The translations under genes were made by a program, and so were the position numbers. DNA of 12,920 bases from a virus (Duplodnaviria > Heunggongvirae > Uroviricota > Caudoviricetes): IMG/VR virus record IMGVR_UViG_2609459769_000019, one strand, 5' to 3'. Every line of letters begins with the position of its first letter. Positions within the stretch are counted from its first letter, which is position 1. Below, piece by piece: positions 1 through 8,466 of the stretch. The notes under the pieces are model-generated. The model saw nothing but the letters and a program-made list of their open reading frames with translations. It did not search any database and was not told where the DNA came from.

Positions 1-546
1 CGTTTCCCGTAAACCGACGTTATCGATAAAAGCCCCTTTATCCGGAATGTCTGCGCCGTTCTGCTCCCTGCGCAGGTAACGGTTATCACCTTCGCTTTTG
101 CTGTAAACATCCAGATTATTACGGGCGGTTCCCTTATTCTCCAGGTCGGCGAGATTCTGATCCTTCGCCAGGGCATTAACGTCAGCGGGACCAAGACTGT
201 TTTTTGTGGCAAGCGTCCCCAGACCAAGATAACCACGGGCCAGACGCTGGGCCTCCGCACCGGCATCAGCAATTTCTTTCAGGTTATTTTTCCGGGAAAA
301 AGCATTCGCAGCGATAATGGCTTTAATGGACAGCGTAAGCTGGTTTAACTGCGCCTTATCCGGCTGAATACTGGCTTCAGCCAGAATATTCAGCAGTTCG
401 GCCTGGAGAATATTCAGCCAGTCCTGACCAATCCAGCTGATACCTTTTTGTCCGTCACCTTCAGTAAACCAGGTGGTGGTATTACTCTGCGCCGGTGCCA
501 GCGCAGGCATATTCGCCACGCCGGAATTATTATCAACATGAAACAT
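1..546 (-). CDS. Tail fibre protein, N-terminal part (partial; ORF runs off the window at position 1)
   Basis: ATG at 546-544 overlapping the upstream stop (TAATG); 182 codons open to the window edge, which is why it is absent from the ORF track; translation MFHVDNNSGVANMPALAPAQ...REQNGADIPDKGAFIDNVGLRET ends in an NGADIxDKxAF motif that I recognise from P2/Mu/lambdoid-type tail fibres. Confidence 0.55.
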   Translation of the reverse strand, partial: MFHVDNNSGVANMPALAPAQSNTTTWFTEGDGQKGISWIGQDWLNILQAELLNILAEASIQPDKAQLNQLTLSIKAIIAANAFSRKNNLKEIADAGAEAQRLARGYLGLGTLATKNSLGPADVNALAKDQNLADLENKGTARNNLDVYSKSEGDNRYLRREQNGADIPDKGAFIDNVGLRET

Positions 547-875
547 TAAATAGTCTCCTCTTCATGGCTGTTTGCATACACGTAAATAAACGTCTGCCAT
601 GCAGGCTTATAACGGTTCAGAATACATTCCAGCGCACCGCCTTCATAAATACGCAGCGGCGTGAGAATATCATCCAGCACATTCATATTCCGGTAGCCGG
701 TTTCACTGTTAATCGTGACAATACTGACCCACTGTGAATCCGGTGATGGCTGAATATCTATTTCATAACCAAACTCTGCCGCAAACCGGATATAAAATTC
801 ACGGTTAAGAGAGGGTTTCATCCGGTATTTATTCCCGGCATAACGCTGACGCTCCTGAATGGTTGCGCCGGTCAT
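546..875 (-). CDS. C-terminal fragment of a Mu gp48 / DUF2313-like tail (baseplate) protein, translatable from an internal ATG (109 aa)
   Basis: ATG at 875 overlaps the stop of the preceding ORF (ATGA); segments FYIRFAAEFGYEIDI and LECILNRYKPAWQTFIYVY resemble the conserved C-terminal half of YmfQ/gp48-like proteins as I remember them; homology-like sequence (YLGLPECD) continues upstream of the ATG in the same frame until a stop at 915-917. Confidence 0.4.
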   Translation of the reverse strand: MTGATIQERQRYAGNKYRMKPSLNREFYIRFAAEFGYEIDIQPSPDSQWVSIVTINSETGYRNMNVLDDILTPLRIYEGGALECILNRYKPAWQTFIYVYANSHEEETI

Positions 876-1159
876 ATCACATTCCGGTAACCCCAGATAA
901 TGGCAACGGTGCCTTCAAAGGTTTTGTTCACGATGGCGTAGCCATAGGCTTTCATCTTCTCGATGACGCGGGAGCCGATCCACTCACGGAACTGCGGGAA
1001 CTGCCCCAGCCAGCCGTAGGTGTTGGATTTCGACGTGGACGGTACGGTCATCGCAATTTTCTGGTACTGAGACGGAGCCATGGACATCCCGGCCTGAAAA
1101 TCAGAACGGTAGCCCGTCATCAGGGCGGTGATCATCGCCGGTGTGATCGGGGTAGGCAT
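872..1159 (-). pseudogene. T: Truncated major head subunit (Mu T-like), N-terminal 95 codons only
   Basis: ATG at 1159 overlapping the stop of the I-like gene (TAATG) with upstream AAGAGGAAA; N-terminus ...SNTYGWLGQFPQFREWIGSRV...NKTFEGTV matches the Mu-type major head protein N-terminal pattern; frame stops at 874-872, whereas full-length proteins of this family are about 300 aa. Confidence 0.6.
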
Positions 1160-2283
1160 TATTGCATTTCCTCTTTCATTTTCAGGAACTCGGCTTCGGT
1201 TTTACCCAGCAGATGGGCGGCGGCGATATCTTCAGCCGACAGCGCAGCGGTGGCGGTCTTTTTATCCGGCACGGTTACGGTGTCGGTCTGAAGAGTGGTC
1301 AGAGCCGCAACCGGCTGGCGGGCGTCAAGCTGTGCAGAAAGTGCCGCAACACCAATCTGTTGTCCGAGTCCTTCCATGTATCCGCGTTCGCTTTTGAAAA
1401 TGCGTCCTTCGGACTCGGCCTTATCCAGCAACTGCTCCAGCGTGGTGCTGCCGTGTTGTGCCGACAACGCGACATATTCGGTACGCAGGGCGTTATACGT
1501 CTCAACGGGCACGTATTTCGTCAGATCAATAGTGCCGCCAGTTGGTGTGCCTTTTGCGGTTTCCAGCTCTGCCGACAGGCTGGCAACCTGCGTTTTCAGG
1601 GTGTCGTGCGCATCCGCACGGGTTTTGATCCCGGTAAGGGCAGACAGCGCCGCCGTGCCCAGTTCCGGTGTAAATTCGTCACCGTCGGCCACGGTCAGAC
1701 CGAGCGCCGTCAGCAACTGGCGTAATTGCTCATTCATGGAGGTGTCCTTTAAAGGAGGGTTTAAGGCGTTATAAAGGTCATCCGCCGACAGTGCGGCGAC
1801 AGGATTCATGCCAGTCAGACCGGGGTCACCGGTAATAGCCAGCATCCGAAGCTCAACAGGTTCACCGGTGATTTCGTCATAACCAATCACCGGGGAAAAC
1901 CAGGGAAATTCGTTATTGCGCAGGTGTTCAATGGCCGGAGGGTTCCAGTCCGGACGCACTTCAAAACCCCGCTCTTCACTGAAGCGGAAGTTTTCCGGTG
2001 AGGCCATGACAAAACCGGCAGCCGGTGCCGGATGCCCCTTAATCAGGGTCTGGTGGTTGTAGTCAATTTTTACCGGCTGATTGAGCGCCACAACCCGGGA
2101 TACCATGCGCTCAACGGCCGCATGGTTAATCAGCCAGCCTTCCGCCGGTTTTTCCGGGCGACCGTCACGGGCCTTTACCCGACCGGCTGGCATGATCTGA
2201 CACCAGTCACCGTCCCCGTCTGCGGACAGGCTGATGGCATTCAGAATGGCATAAGCAAGTTTGGGCGTGTTTTTCGTCTTCAT
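1159..2283 (-). CDS. I: Head maturation protease / scaffold (Mu I-like), 374 aa
   Basis: ATG at 2283; size and position (after G, before T) as in Mu; Ala/Leu-rich, coiled-coil-like C-terminal half consistent with an embedded scaffold domain. Confidence 0.75.
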   Translation of the reverse strand: MKTKNTPKLAYAILNAISLSADGDGDWCQIMPAGRVKARDGRPEKPAEGWLINHAAVERMVSRVVALNQPVKIDYNHQTLIKGHPAPAAGFVMASPENFRFSEERGFEVRPDWNPPAIEHLRNNEFPWFSPVIGYDEITGEPVELRMLAITGDPGLTGMNPVAALSADDLYNALNPPLKDTSMNEQLRQLLTALGLTVADGDEFTPELGTAALSALTGIKTRADAHDTLKTQVASLSAELETAKGTPTGGTIDLTKYVPVETYNALRTEYVALSAQHGSTTLEQLLDKAESEGRIFKSERGYMEGLGQQIGVAALSAQLDARQPVAALTTLQTDTVTVPDKKTATAALSAEDIAAAHLLGKTEAEFLKMKEEMQ

Positions 2284-2460
2284 TCCGGCAGCATAAGCCG
2301 GTGTTTTTCGGGGCCGGTTTTGCGGGACTTCAGAAAGTGCTGACAGGGGAAAAATGAGAAAGGCGCTTCACGCAGATTTTAAAGCCCGTTAAATACAGGT
2401 TAGAAAATCACGACACGCGCCTGAAGAGGGTAAGGCAATGCGTTTGTATACCTTAAACCA
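2284..2460 (-). promoter_or_regulatory. G-I intergenic region: candidate late promoter for I; positional equivalent of the Mu central strong gyrase site
   Basis: One of only three sizeable non-coding gaps in the late region (177 bp); contains C-runs flanked by A/T runs (e.g. TTTTTCCCC on the coding strand); promoter role inferred from position. Confidence 0.3.
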
Positions 2461-2934
2461 TTACGGCGTTTCTGTGGCCTTTTTAAAGCGTTTTCTGATT
2501 TCGTCCATGATCTCCTGTTCTGCCACCTGATCAAAGCCCATATACGGACGTGCGCCAATGGCCGCCGGTCCCGGTGGCATACCAGGCAGGCCACCCCACT
2601 GATGAATGGCCGCATAAGGTTCATTTGATCCAATCAGCGCCCAGGTATCGCCATAATCCGTGGTCAGGCGGCGGGCCAGATCGCCGTTCAGTGTCAGGAT
2701 TTTGCCGGGCGTGTATCCCTTACGGGTACGCCACTTGCGGTAAGGATCTGACCAGTCATGCCAGCGTTCGCCGTCCGGCTCTTTTTCCTGTTCAAACGCC
2801 ATTTCTGACGATGACAGAAGACTCTCCGCCACACTGCGGGCCAGGTCTTTTCCGCCGCCCACAAACTGAAGCCGGGCAAACACCCGCTGGAGACGCGTAA
2901 CGTCAACAACGACAGCGGCATCAATGGATGACAT
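2461..2934 (-). CDS. G: Virion morphogenesis protein (Mu G-like), 157 aa
   Basis: ATG at 2934 with GGAGG 5 nt upstream; size and position match Mu G. Confidence 0.7.
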   Translation of the reverse strand: MSSIDAAVVVDVTRLQRVFARLQFVGGGKDLARSVAESLLSSSEMAFEQEKEPDGERWHDWSDPYRKWRTRKGYTPGKILTLNGDLARRLTTDYGDTWALIGSNEPYAAIHQWGGLPGMPPGPAAIGARPYMGFDQVAEQEIMDEIRKRFKKATETP

Positions 2935-2974
2935 ATTGCCTCCGCATAAAGGATGAATATAAAATAAACAGGCG

Positions 2975-3054
2975 GTCAGTGTACGCTTAACTGGTAAAGT
3001 CGGTGCCTGCCTCCGGGTGGATCATGTATGCGGGTTCGACCCCCGCCACTGACC
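2975..3054 (+). other. tRNA-like structural element (7-bp acceptor-like stem plus canonical T-arm) in the F-G intergenic region; not a complete tRNA
   Basis: GTCAGTG (2975-2981) pairs perfectly with CACTGAC (3047-3053); internal 5-bp stem GCGGG/CCCGC (3030-3034 / 3042-3046) closes a 7-nt loop TTCGACC (T-loop-like); I could not fold a convincing anticodon arm by hand and no CCA is encoded. Confidence 0.25.
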
Positions 3055-3055
3055 G

Positions 3056-4387
3056 TTAATCAATTTGTCCTTCCAGCACCTCAAGCATTCCGCCCCGGAT
3101 ATCCGATTTCAGCTTATCCATATTGATAACCCGGTAAGCATTCACAATCACATCCAGTTTGTCGGGCTGACGTTTCAGACTGTACGGTGCATTAACGGCA
3201 ATCTGCACACTGCCATCCTGATTTTCCACGATATACATCAGATTGTTGTGCCGTTTGTCCCACAGTACCGCTTTTGGCCTTGCCAGCATTGCCGGTAAGC
3301 GCCCGAAGTCCTCCGGCGTCAGAGCGATGCCGTCATTCTGATGTTTCACACTGTCCGCATGGAGCACATTTTTACCGCTCATCGCCAGCAGGCGGGCCGG
3401 TGGCGTTCCCGTCCGGCTTTCCACTGCCTGCGCAATGCTTTCAGTCATAAAGCCCAGCGTGCGGATATCGTTACCACCTCGCCGGGTCTGCATGATGTTT
3501 TTTGCCCAGATGCGGAACGCCAGCTGCCGCTCCGGGCTGTTGTTCATCTCCTGAACCACCATTTCCCGTAACGCCGGGCTTTTCACCTCGATCAGTTTGC
3601 GGATCAGCGCCTGGTCTGTGCCGAACGCTGCCGAGCCGGGGTTATATGACCAGCCCACATCCGGTGTCATGGTTCTGGTGCCATCTGAATATGTGGTCAC
3701 CGGCATTTCTCTGACTTCTCCGGTCTGTTTATCCACGCCAGCCTCAACATTGCGGGTGGAGAGATGATCCTCACCGGATGAAACGGATAACCCCATTGCA
3801 TCCAGACGGGCCTGAGACAATGGCCGCACACGGCAGCGGCAGTTCCAGCCATTGGGCGGGTAGTGTGTTTTCCAGAACGGATCGTCATAGCGGAATACCA
3901 GACCGTTAAGGGCGGAATGCGACGGGCGGGTACGGCTGTCCATGACCGCCACATACTGCCAGAACGGATGCGTGTCCGTGTTGTTCATCATCTGCGTGTA
4001 ACGCCCGGCATTGTAAGCCACACGGGTGTTCACGTTGTAAATCAGCGCCAGACGACGGGGACTGCCCAGCTGCACTTCTTCCGCGTTACCGTCGCTGTCC
4101 ACCACAATCTGCTTTCCCCACCATCCCAGCTTTTGCAGGCGTGGCGTCAGCGTGCGGATAAATGCTTTCTGTGAAATTCCCTCATCAATGGCCCGCTGCA
4201 CTTCGGCCTGTAACGTGGTCACCACATCCAGGCGTGCCGCTTTTGCTGCCGTGAATGAGCGGGCATGAACATCCGCGGCTGTTTCGAACCAGTTCCAGCT
4301 GATATGCGCCCCTTTGACACGGAAGTATGCTACCGCCTCTTTTGAGGGAAGCGTGGCGGCATAACCTAAATCAATCCCCTGTGTCAT
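3056..4387 (-). CDS. F: Head morphogenesis protein (Mu F-like, gp30 family), 443 aa
   Basis: ATG at 4387 overlapping the portal gene end by 17 nt; conserved WNCRCRV-type motif; position between portal and G as in Mu. Confidence 0.75.
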   Translation of the reverse strand: MTQGIDLGYAATLPSKEAVAYFRVKGAHISWNWFETAADVHARSFTAAKAARLDVVTTLQAEVQRAIDEGISQKAFIRTLTPRLQKLGWWGKQIVVDSDGNAEEVQLGSPRRLALIYNVNTRVAYNAGRYTQMMNNTDTHPFWQYVAVMDSRTRPSHSALNGLVFRYDDPFWKTHYPPNGWNCRCRVRPLSQARLDAMGLSVSSGEDHLSTRNVEAGVDKQTGEVREMPVTTYSDGTRTMTPDVGWSYNPGSAAFGTDQALIRKLIEVKSPALREMVVQEMNNSPERQLAFRIWAKNIMQTRRGGNDIRTLGFMTESIAQAVESRTGTPPARLLAMSGKNVLHADSVKHQNDGIALTPEDFGRLPAMLARPKAVLWDKRHNNLMYIVENQDGSVQIAVNAPYSLKRQPDKLDVIVNAYRVINMDKLKSDIRGGMLEVLEGQID

Positions 4388-5960
4388 CCAGCATCCCCTT
4401 CATTTCCGCAGCAAACATGGCATCACTGAGCAGCGTCATCAGGCGGGAATCATCCATTTCACGATAAAGGGCAGGCAGGTCTGCCAGCGCATCCGCCAGC
4501 CCCCGCGTTCTGATGGCATCAATGACCGGCTCCAGTACCGGGTCGATGGCCTCCTGTAAGCGGCGGGCAGGCACCGCGTCCCCCATATCATCCAGTTCAT
4601 CACGCGGCGTGCTTTTCGCTTCCGGCAGTCTGGCTGACAGCGCCGTCTGCTCTGTTTTTTCCTGTTTTTCCGGTGGTGTTTCCCTGTCGGTCTGAGCCGG
4701 TTCATTGCCACTCTGACGGACACGGAATATGGCTTCACCGGGCGTGGGCTGCGGAATACCGGTCTGCTCCCGTATCCAGGGATCAGAAATATCCATCCCC
4801 GTACTGAGCTGCATCACCGCACTGGTGATTTTGGTGATATCACCTGGTTCTTTGGTCTGGAAGCAGATACGTGGCAGACGGCGGATATCAATAGTGTGCG
4901 TGGTGTTCAGGGCGTACAGCGGATACACCAGATCGCGGTTCAGGGTTGCAGCCAGCTGCCGTAAATCAGAATCCCTGATTTCCCGGCGCACCTCGTTATG
5001 CACCTCACCCAGCGAGCGCGCGCCTTTGTCTCCGGCTTCCGTGGTCAGCGTGCCGCCGAGTATTGCTTTGGAGATGGAACGCTCCCCCCACGAAATCATG
5101 GTTTCAAATGGATCGGCCTGACCGTTTGCTGCCGCCTGAAATTCCAGCGACATCCCGGCCGGGATGATCCCGCCTGTACGTCGCCCGATATCCATCACCG
5201 CCCGCATCAGGGCGCTTTTCTGCTCCGGTGTTGCCCCGGACGGGTATTTCCCGACCTTCATCGGCAGTCCGTACACCTCCAGAAATTCGGCCAGATCGCG
5301 CACGGAATAGTTTTTGAAAATGAACGGCCAGATAAGCGTCCTGACAAGCCCCGTTGCGCCACCGTAACCGGTCCGTGAACGTGACTGATGCACTATCCAG
5401 CCAAAAGGCTGAAACGCCACCCCGGCATGGCTGCCGTCACGCAGCCGCAGTTCGCTCAAATCATCCGGGTTAAGGCAGAAATGCCCGCTGTCACGCCAGC
5501 GGATGGCGCGGATGATGTGCATTTTACCGAGCATCCCGTGCTCAATTTCCATGCAGGAATAGCCCTTCAGGATGGCATCCGTGGCGTCAAACAGCATGGC
5601 ATCAAACCAGTCTGCGGAATGCAGATATTCGTCGAGCATTTCCGCGTCCTTTTTCTCATTCGCGCTGGCGTTCGGTGGCGGCTCAATACTCCATGGCACC
5701 CCCTGAATGGCAAGACGTCGCTTGCCCAGCTCCGCAAAAAGGTGGGTGTCCTTTTCTTCAATATCAGCGGCCAGATCGGACTGGGCAATCAGATCGCCAC
5801 GTTCAGCCCCGCGAAGGCACTGCGCCGCCCGGTTCGGGGTGATACCCGAAGCCGGATGTTCAATATAACGGCTGGCAATCTGCGGAATATCCAGCGCGGC
5901 ACTCTGCATCTCCGGGTCAAAGGAGAAAGGTTTTCCGTCAGTATCAATGATGCGTCCCAC
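4371..5960 (-). CDS. Portal protein (Mu gp29-like), 529 aa
   Basis: GTG start at 5960 overlapping the terminase stop (TAGTG); large ORF immediately after the large terminase; size as expected for a Mu-type portal. Confidence 0.75.
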   Translation of the reverse strand: MGRIIDTDGKPFSFDPEMQSAALDIPQIASRYIEHPASGITPNRAAQCLRGAERGDLIAQSDLAADIEEKDTHLFAELGKRRLAIQGVPWSIEPPPNASANEKKDAEMLDEYLHSADWFDAMLFDATDAILKGYSCMEIEHGMLGKMHIIRAIRWRDSGHFCLNPDDLSELRLRDGSHAGVAFQPFGWIVHQSRSRTGYGGATGLVRTLIWPFIFKNYSVRDLAEFLEVYGLPMKVGKYPSGATPEQKSALMRAVMDIGRRTGGIIPAGMSLEFQAAANGQADPFETMISWGERSISKAILGGTLTTEAGDKGARSLGEVHNEVRREIRDSDLRQLAATLNRDLVYPLYALNTTHTIDIRRLPRICFQTKEPGDITKITSAVMQLSTGMDISDPWIREQTGIPQPTPGEAIFRVRQSGNEPAQTDRETPPEKQEKTEQTALSARLPEAKSTPRDELDDMGDAVPARRLQEAIDPVLEPVIDAIRTRGLADALADLPALYREMDDSRLMTLLSDAMFAAEMKGMLDDTGD

Positions 5961-7627
5961 TACCAGCCCCCCCGATCAAATTCATGATATGCCTCATCGT
6001 CATCACGATAACCGCCCTCCATTGCCCGCGACCGCTCCGGTAGCGCCTGACAGGCTGATTCATCCAGGATGAAGCCCTCCATGTATGACGCCCGGTTTGC
6101 CATACAGAGCGCCACGGCAAAATCACCATGGCGGCGGGCGTTCGCAGCCGTTGCGTTCTGGTCCTTCGTGCGCCCCTTGTCGATTTGCGGGATACCATTC
6201 ACTACCTTCACATGGCGCAAATCATCAAGCGTGGTCTGATGGCGGGCGACGAGGATATTCTGATCTTCAAACTCGGCTTTCAGTTTTGGCATCCACTCGC
6301 CGTACCACTTCGGCGACAACATCACGCAGTCGATGATATCCGGGCCAAAGGCCAGCAGTGCGGCCTCTGCCAGATAGCCGCCGTTACCGGTGGCGTCGAA
6401 CGCCGCACCGACCAGCGCCGGAACGCGGGTCAGGATGTACATCATCACCTGTTCCTGCTGGGCATACGGCAGGTTGCGCAGCTCCACGCGAAACACCTCG
6501 CGCTTTGCCAGGGATTCGGTGATTTCCAGCAGCACAAAGCAGGACAGGTCACCGGTGCGGGCAAAGTCTTCCCCGAAGCTGAAGCGGGAACGGGGATTTA
6601 ATTTCTCTAAAAGCGGTTTTAAATGTTCTTCACACCAGGTTAAAACTTCCGATTCACGCAGCCATGCGGCACGGCTGATGAAGTTGTCCGGGGCTTCAAA
6701 CGTCAGAATCGGGATGTCGCGGATCATCGCCATTTCAATAAGCGCGTGGGGGATATAGGCACCGCCGGATTTTTTCGGGATACAGCCGTATTCCTCGTCG
6801 GCATCCTCACGGGTCGGGGCGTTTTTGTAGAGATCATCACGCCATTTCTGCTCGCTTTCCGGTGACCATTCCTGATCGGTGACGTAACAGATACGACGGT
6901 ACAGCCCGTCCGCAATGGCATCATCCAGGGTTATGCGGTGGACGCTGTAATCCTTGCGCCCCTCGCGGGCTTCCTGAATGTACTGATTAAACAGATTATC
7001 GACGCCGTTATGCGTGGAGATAATACGCACGCGCGCGCCCCACATAGTGAGCGCCATTGCCGCCTTGAGAAGCTCATCCAGTGACTCGTGGAACGCGGCT
7101 TCATCAATCACCACATCCCCCTGAAGGCCGCGCAGGTTTGACGGACGGGAAGACAATGCCTGAATTTTGAATCCACTGTTCGGAAAGCGGATCATGTAGG
7201 TCAAAATTTCTTCTTTTTTATCCCGATCCCAGAATGTCTGCTCATACACATCAGCATCTGCCAGCTGGTTAAAGGCACGGGAGAACAGCGCGCAGGCAGA
7301 AATATATTCCAGCGCCATCTCCTGCTTTGATCCCACATAAAACACATTGCGGCCACCACGACGCTTCGGTTTTGCAGCAGTAATGACGTTACGCCCGGCT
7401 TCCGCCCAGGTAAGACCGGTGCGGCGGGATTTCTCCGCGATGCAGACCTGACTTTCATCTGCAAACCAGCGGGCCTGATAATCCAGAAACACCGGCATAT
7501 CACCGGGCAAATCAAGGCTGTCCGGCACATCCACGCCCAGCAGGGCTTTTTCACCTGACAGATCAATTTTGCGGGGAGGCGTCATTTGCATCAGTGAAGG
7601 CGACGTTTCTCTGGCTTTGTTCATCAT
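5960..7627 (-). CDS. Terminase large subunit (Mu gp28-like), 555 aa
   Basis: ATGATG at 7627-7622 overlapping the upstream stop (ATGA); N-terminal ATPase-like region (Walker-B-like VVIDEAAF) and C-terminal nuclease-like region; followed by the portal. Confidence 0.8.
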   Translation of the reverse strand: MMNKARETSPSLMQMTPPRKIDLSGEKALLGVDVPDSLDLPGDMPVFLDYQARWFADESQVCIAEKSRRTGLTWAEAGRNVITAAKPKRRGGRNVFYVGSKQEMALEYISACALFSRAFNQLADADVYEQTFWDRDKKEEILTYMIRFPNSGFKIQALSSRPSNLRGLQGDVVIDEAAFHESLDELLKAAMALTMWGARVRIISTHNGVDNLFNQYIQEAREGRKDYSVHRITLDDAIADGLYRRICYVTDQEWSPESEQKWRDDLYKNAPTREDADEEYGCIPKKSGGAYIPHALIEMAMIRDIPILTFEAPDNFISRAAWLRESEVLTWCEEHLKPLLEKLNPRSRFSFGEDFARTGDLSCFVLLEITESLAKREVFRVELRNLPYAQQEQVMMYILTRVPALVGAAFDATGNGGYLAEAALLAFGPDIIDCVMLSPKWYGEWMPKLKAEFEDQNILVARHQTTLDDLRHVKVVNGIPQIDKGRTKDQNATAANARRHGDFAVALCMANRASYMEGFILDESACQALPERSRAMEGGYRDDDEAYHEFDRGGW

Positions 7628-7872
7628 GCTTTACCTGTCAGAATGCTTTTGATTCGGGACTCAAGCTCTTCAGTCATCACGTCCACGCCGCTCAACTCAT
7701 CAGTGGCAGCCTCTGCCAGCAGCGAATGCAGTTGTTCCAGGGATATTTCCCCGGCAATGCTGAGTTCAGTCAACTCACGACATACCTTTATGGTTTCAGG
7801 AGGTAACTGTGTTGCAAGACTGAATGCTTTCTGATGGGCACTGCTCATCAGTGAGCGGTTATCTGTTGCCAT
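7624..7872 (-). CDS. Small protein (82 aa), paralogous to the C-terminus of the gp27-like protein
   Basis: ATG at 7872 preceded by AGGAGGTGA with 5-nt spacer; C-terminus ATDELSGVDVMTEELESRIKSILTGKA parallels gp27 C-terminus VTDELRGVDGMSEQIEFRIRQMLLGKA; nucleotide similarity visible between about 7627-7720 and 7886-7985. Confidence 0.5.
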   Translation of the reverse strand: MATDNRSLMSSAHQKAFSLATQLPPETIKVCRELTELSIAGEISLEQLHSLLAEAATDELSGVDVMTEELESRIKSILTGKA

Positions 7873-7882
7873 GATTCACCTC

Positions 7883-8464
7883 CTACGCCTTACCCAGCAG
7901 CATCTGCCTGATACGGAATTCGATCTGCTCGCTCATGCCATCCACGCCGCGCAACTCATCGGTGACCGCATTCGCCATCTCTTCAGCAAATGCGGCCCGG
8001 ATTTCTTTTTCACGCTTAATGCTGCGCTCGGCGGCACTTTCTGCACGCTGTGCCGACAGGAGGATGTCCTTAATAAGGCGCATATCCACATCGCTGTCGC
8101 TGTTCAGGGATTCGGTGGCGGCACGCAGACGGCGGTACATCAGGGCACGGGACATCTCCAGAATCAGTGCCGTGGTTTCACCGGTCGGCTTATCCCCCAG
8201 TTCGGCCATCATGGCTTTTGTCTGCTCGCGTAAATCACGCAGATTACGGGCAATCAGCTCATTACGGGAGGCTTCCCGGCTGATGGCCGCCGGTGAGAGC
8301 TGCTGCTCTTCCGGCAGACCTGCTTCACGGATCAGACGGTTGATTTCCTCGCGGATCTGGACCTGCGTCAGACGTTTTTCACGCAGCATTTCCAGCAGCG
8401 GCTTACGGATGCTGTCGGGGAGCAAATCCACCTTGCGTACACGGCCACGCGTCGGCTTATCCAT
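7883..8464 (-). CDS. Mu gp27-like protein (DUF3486), putative terminase small subunit / packaging DNA-recognition protein, 193 aa
   Basis: ATG at 8464 with AAGGGGG upstream; charged, coiled-coil-rich protein directly upstream of the large terminase as in Mu. Confidence 0.65.
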   Translation of the reverse strand: MDKPTRGRVRKVDLLPDSIRKPLLEMLREKRLTQVQIREEINRLIREAGLPEEQQLSPAAISREASRNELIARNLRDLREQTKAMMAELGDKPTGETTALILEMSRALMYRRLRAATESLNSDSDVDMRLIKDILLSAQRAESAAERSIKREKEIRAAFAEEMANAVTDELRGVDGMSEQIEFRIRQMLLGKA

Positions 8465-8466
8465 CG

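Noticed and set aside
1162-1774. Plus-strand ORFs of 187 and 159 codons (1162-1725, 1295-1774) antisense to the I gene
   Set aside because: They lie entirely inside a well-supported minus-strand gene, have Arg/Ser/Gly-rich low-complexity translations typical of antisense frames in GC-rich DNA, and have no recognisable RBS or protein character.
2300-2320. CCCCGAAAAACACC motif resembling the CGAAAAA core of Mu end (transposase-binding) repeats
   Set aside because: A single partial match in the middle of the late region with no second copy or terminal context; probably coincidental.
2975-3054. Calling the F-G intergenic element a bona fide tRNA gene
   Set aside because: Only the acceptor-like stem and T-arm fold convincingly; I could not build an anticodon arm or a canonical D-arm by hand, so it is reported only as a tRNA-like structure.
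4998-6601. Several plus-strand ORFs (4998-5378, 5388-5987, 6128-6601, 6390-6758) inside the portal and terminase genes
   Set aside because: All are antisense to long conserved structural genes and lack start-site context; no independent evidence of coding.
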